Shown here one piece after another: positions 10,910 to 14,278 of a stretch of 14,278 bases of DNA. This DNA is from Rotaria sp. (taxonomy: Eukaryota), in NCBI GenBank assembly GCA_905331525.1, contig CAJNZF010000223.1, positions 88,547 through 102,824 on the forward strand, in the 5' to 3' direction. Position 1 is the first letter of the stretch. Each line of letters opens with the position of its first letter. The notes beneath the pieces are model-generated. The model had not been told where the DNA came from, did no database searches, and was given only the letters and a program-made list of their open reading frames with translations. The position numbers were made by a program, and so were the translations under genes.

Positions 10910-11266
10910 ATTCCAATAAATTCTGACATAAATAGTCATATTGATGATGAAAATTATGATAATCAAAATATAAAAAATACTTTACTTCATCTACTTAAAA
11001 ATACTCTTGATGAGACAAATCCATACAAACAAACAATTTTATTGAATAAATTACGTGAATATCTCAATCGTATGTGTGTTTTTGGTTCTTTTGGATCATC
11101 ACGTGCTCATTCATGCCAACATATAGCTGATATTATTTATCAACTTGATAGAAATGAAGAAGATGATATTACATTTATTGATGATCATGCAAACAACGAA
11201 AATCATGATATACAAAAACGTTTCTTTTGCAATGGTTTTATTGGTTGTAAAAAGGCTGGTCGATGA
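10838..11266 (+). CDS. Secreted neuropeptide prohormone, CCAP-like (predicted mature peptide FFCNGFIGCKKA-amide)
   Basis: 142-aa ORF with a strong signal-peptide-like N-terminus (MSHHWFLLSICLTILLLQISYLHS). It has an acidic/Asn-rich spacer and a C-terminal dibasic site KR followed by FFCNGFIGCKKA, then GR and stop, the standard amidation signal. The core FCNGFIGC matches the CCAP pattern FCNxFxGC (CCAP is PFCNAFTGC-amide). Confidence 0.82.
   Translation: MSHHWFLLSICLTILLLQISYLHSIPINSDINSHIDDENYDNQNIKNTLLHLLKNTLDETNPYKQTILLNKLREYLNRMCVFGSFGSSRAHSCQHIADIIYQLDRNEEDDITFIDDHANNENHDIQKRFFCNGFIGCKKAGR
11222..11263 (+). other. Predicted CCAP-like peptide region FFCNGFIGCKKA plus GR amidation/cleavage signal
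   Basis: Follows K-R at 11216-11221. Core Cys-x5-Cys (CNGFIGC), followed by KKA-GR and stop at 11264-11266. Confidence 0.75.
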
Positions 11267-11339
11267 TCATTAACAGATGAAAAACAAAATGAACATTTCA
11301 TCAATTGTTGGCGTACATGATAAATATGTTTATCAATTA

Positions 11340-11345
11340 AATAAA
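11340..11345 (+). promoter_or_regulatory. Candidate polyadenylation signal AATAAA for the CCAP-like gene
   Basis: AATAAA lies about 75 bp past the stop codon. The region is very AT-rich, so a chance match is possible. Confidence 0.45.
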
Positions 11346-13973
11346 TTTTTATTTCGAAAATAAAAAGAAATTTGAATTGGTTTTTGTATGAAAGTTTTCA
11401 TTAACCATAAGAGATCTTTTTTTTTTGTCATCATCATAGTTATTCAACAAAAAAAGAAACTAGTCATGTTTAATTCATTTTTCAAGATTAATTGTATTCA
11501 GTAAATGAGCCATTCAAAATAAAAAATAATGACCTTCCACAGTTTAAAAGAACACGGTTATAAGCCACAACGGAAGAAGAATACATTACAAAGAGCAATT
11601 AAAAATAAATAGAAATGCACAAACTAAATAACTTTGTTTCGTGTATAAAAAAAAAAGTTTTATAAATAATTAACATTAATCCGTTCGATATGTAAGCACC
11701 GATAGTGGAAGAAAATAGCATGAATAAAATCATTTTAGTGGAAAACATAATAAAATATATATAAAGCAATACTTTGTTATATGAAGCAAAGAAATGATAA
11801 TAGATTTAAATCAATATCTTTATCAATAACAATCGATGATATCGAGGAAATGATTCCATAACACAATTCTTGTCTCAATACTATTACGATCTAATATAAA
11901 ATATATAGATTTTACTAATCTAATGACTTATTCAATAGTAATATCAATCACGAAAGTTATTAACGTAATTCCTGGAGGATTAAAATTTGAAACACGATCT
12001 AGCTTCTGTTGCTAATTACAGGAAGATTATTTTCTTCGATGTATTTTGGAACACATTTTTTGAGCAGTTTTTTACACAATCTCCACAAATTCAATGAGTC
12101 CGTGGATCTAAATTTTCACTTTCATAAGTATGTTTTTTGAAAAAAATTGATAGCTTTGAGTTTCATATATAATTTGTTATTAGATTCAGAATAAGATGAA
12201 GTTCTTCTCTAATATCTACTCACAAGCGCTTCAAAAACTTGAAATGCATACCTCATTCTAAGTAATTCATGTCATTTTATATCATACTCTAAAAAACAAC
12301 TCTGTTGCGAATTTCTTCATCAGTGAACATAAAAACTTATATTTTCTTTTGATTTTTTTTTGTATTTTTTTTTCTTTCTTTCATCTCTCCTTATCAACTT
12401 TCTTTTTACAAAATAATTAAGTGCTTCTTTCATGAGAAAGAATCTAGACACTAAAGAAGGTTCCTGCCGGCACGACTATAAGAAAGAAAGAGACGCTCTT
12501 CTGAATTTCACTTATTTGTTGTTAAGTAATTCATTTTATTATTATCTTCCTCTCACTAAATTCAATTGAATGGTTATTTGCACAATCTCTACTGACATTA
12601 TTCTCGGTGATTCTATTGAAAAATTAAGCGGCTATATTCAAATAGGAAGATTACAATATCCGCCCACTTATCTTCCTTTTGTTTTTTTTATCTTCCACAA
12701 AGATCAAAATCTAGTTCACTCTGTTCTCATGCACACTAATCACGTATTCATGCGTTGCACTCTCACTATAGAATTTCTTCCAAGTTACATATAAGCTGAA
12801 AAGTGAACGGGTATGATGACCTAACAGTATACCATAGGTTTTATTTCTTTCAGCATTAAGCCGTAGTACTTGACCCAAATCGGCGTCACATGACAGTGAT
12901 ATTATCTGAATTAATTAATAAATAATGCGAGAAGAATAAAATTACAACCATTCGCAAAATTAGGTCTTCGATGACGTCAAATGCCATTCATTACTTCGCA
13001 GGTGGAATCATTCTGCATGTTCTCTGTCTTAATCTATCAACAATGGCTAGCTGTTTAAAGTGCTGAAAAAAAGACTAAAACTCTGGCTATTCGAACTTAT
13101 ATTTATGTAGTTTTATTTCTACAGGAGAACATGAACATAAATCTCAACTTTAAAAGAAAAATGAAAAATCATTGCACGAGTACACATAGTTACATTTATT
13201 TGTAAATGAACTACAGTTTTATGAGCTACTCATCGAAATGCAAACAATCATTCGTTTCTTATCATCATGAACTGTATAAAAAGATGCTCCTTTCCGAGAA
13301 ATTATTAAAGTCATAATTCACTCTTAAATTCTCTTGCCCTATATTCACACATATGACGAAAATTTTAATTTATTTTTATTTCGTATATATTCTTTTAGCC
13401 GCTATTTTTATATTTTTTTTATTTCACTCAGGTTTTATAATTTCTCCATTTCTGAAATACTGTAATGGGAGATCTATTTCATATTTTAACAAATACTATT
13501 CGTACAGAGACTATAATTATTTGGTTGTGAAATAATTAGTTATTTAGAAGTCTTAATAATTTGACCAAATATAAGAAATATATATTTTTTTTTTATTGTT
13601 ATAAGCACATATGGAAATAGTTTTGATAAAGCTAACTATTTGCAGAAACTGAGAATATGGGTGCGGTGTGTAGTTGATGTTCTCGTCTTCATCCACGCAC
13701 TTACACTGGATAACGTTATGTATAAATTTATCCAAGTGTAGCAGTGTGGAAATTAATTTAAATTGTACTATGCAGATGAAGAATTTGATCTTGCATATCC
13801 CAAGAGGAAAATCACATGAGTAACACCCTTCTTAGTTTCCAGTGCTTTAGTATTCTTTCAGCATCTGCCAGCATTTTTTGCTACTAAAACTGAGTTTGAT
13901 CTTAGAAAGTTTATTAACAAAATCTAACTAAGTTTTTGAACAATAGCCCTATGTAAAAATAAATTGAATTAAG

Positions 13974-14029
13974 AATCAGATTAAAAATCGATTATAATGG
14001 CACTATTATAATCTGATTTTAATCAGATT
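13974..14029. repeat. Near-perfect short inverted repeat (27-nt arms, 2-nt spacer)
   Basis: AATCAGATTAAAAATCGATTATAATGG - CA - CTATTATAATCTGATTTTAATCAGATT. The arms are complementary with about three mismatches by eye. Confidence 0.75.
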
Positions 14030-14064
14030 TTTCAGCTTTAAAAGACAGATTTTATTTGATTTTT

Positions 14065-14125
14065 TTAAATCTATTTTAACCGTTTACCTACAATGACTAT
14101 AATAATCGATTAAAATAGATTAAAT
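14065..14125. repeat. Second inverted repeat of the same sequence family
   Basis: TTAAATCTATTTTAAC (14065-14080) pairs with the downstream block ending in TTAAAATAGATTAAAT (14110-14125). It shares the AATCGATTAAAA-type motif with the 13974-14029 palindrome. Confidence 0.6.
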
Positions 14126-14188
14126 CCCCCTCAGAATAAAAAGGCATGGCCTACTATTATGTCCCAGTGACTCGGTCTTTTTTTGGTT

Positions 14189-14260
14189 GGCGTTATATTA
14201 TGTCTTGTCGAAAATTTTTTCACATTTTTCCTTGAAATTGGTATGGCGTTATATTATGTC
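14189..14260 (+). repeat. Direct repeat of GGCGTTATATTATGTC
   Basis: Exact 16-mer at 14189-14204 and 14245-14260 (56-bp offset), with a related ATTATGTCCCAG at about 14156. The array may continue beyond the window. Confidence 0.75.
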
Positions 14261-14278
14261 CAGAGAATCAAACGGTCC

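Noticed and set aside
12570-12794. Plus-strand 74-aa ORF (MVICTISTDIILGDSIEKLSGYIQIG...)
   Set aside because: Isolated short frame with no signal peptide, domain or clear splice partners. Transcript evidence would be required.
13353-13735. Small ORFs of 60-61 aa on both strands
   Set aside because: Low-complexity Phe/Tyr/Ile-rich or unremarkable sequences of a length expected by chance.
1-14278. Bacterial defence system, CRISPR array, retron or operon
   Set aside because: The genes are animal-type with GT/AG introns, signal peptides and prohormone processing sites. No regularly spaced short repeats or prokaryotic gene clusters are present.

Overview
This looks like an AT-rich eukaryotic (animal) nuclear segment with short spliceosomal introns. 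A bdelloid-rotifer-like source is my inference, not proven. I found no bacterial operon, CRISPR array, rRNA or tRNA. Four protein-coding loci are supported. (1) Minus strand 584-2836: a two-exon, two-domain chondroitin sulfate synthase-like glycosyltransferase with a 54-bp intron. (2) Minus strand 4315-5911: a seven-exon Na+/K+-ATPase beta subunit; my reconstruction closes exactly in frame and has six ectodomain cysteines. (3) Plus strand 8022-9320: an intronless B-box zinc finger/coiled-coil/possible beta-propeller protein. (4) Plus strand 10838-11266: a secreted peptide prohormone ending KR-FFCNGFIGCKKA-GR-stop, which resembles crustacean cardioactive peptide (CCAP, PFCNAFTGC-amide). The most interesting observation is this CCAP-like precursor, including a second conserved-looking Cys-x12-Cys segment upstream of the peptide. 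Next are a ~360-bp imperfect foldback element at ~7279-7639 and a cluster of inverted and direct repeats at 13974-14278.
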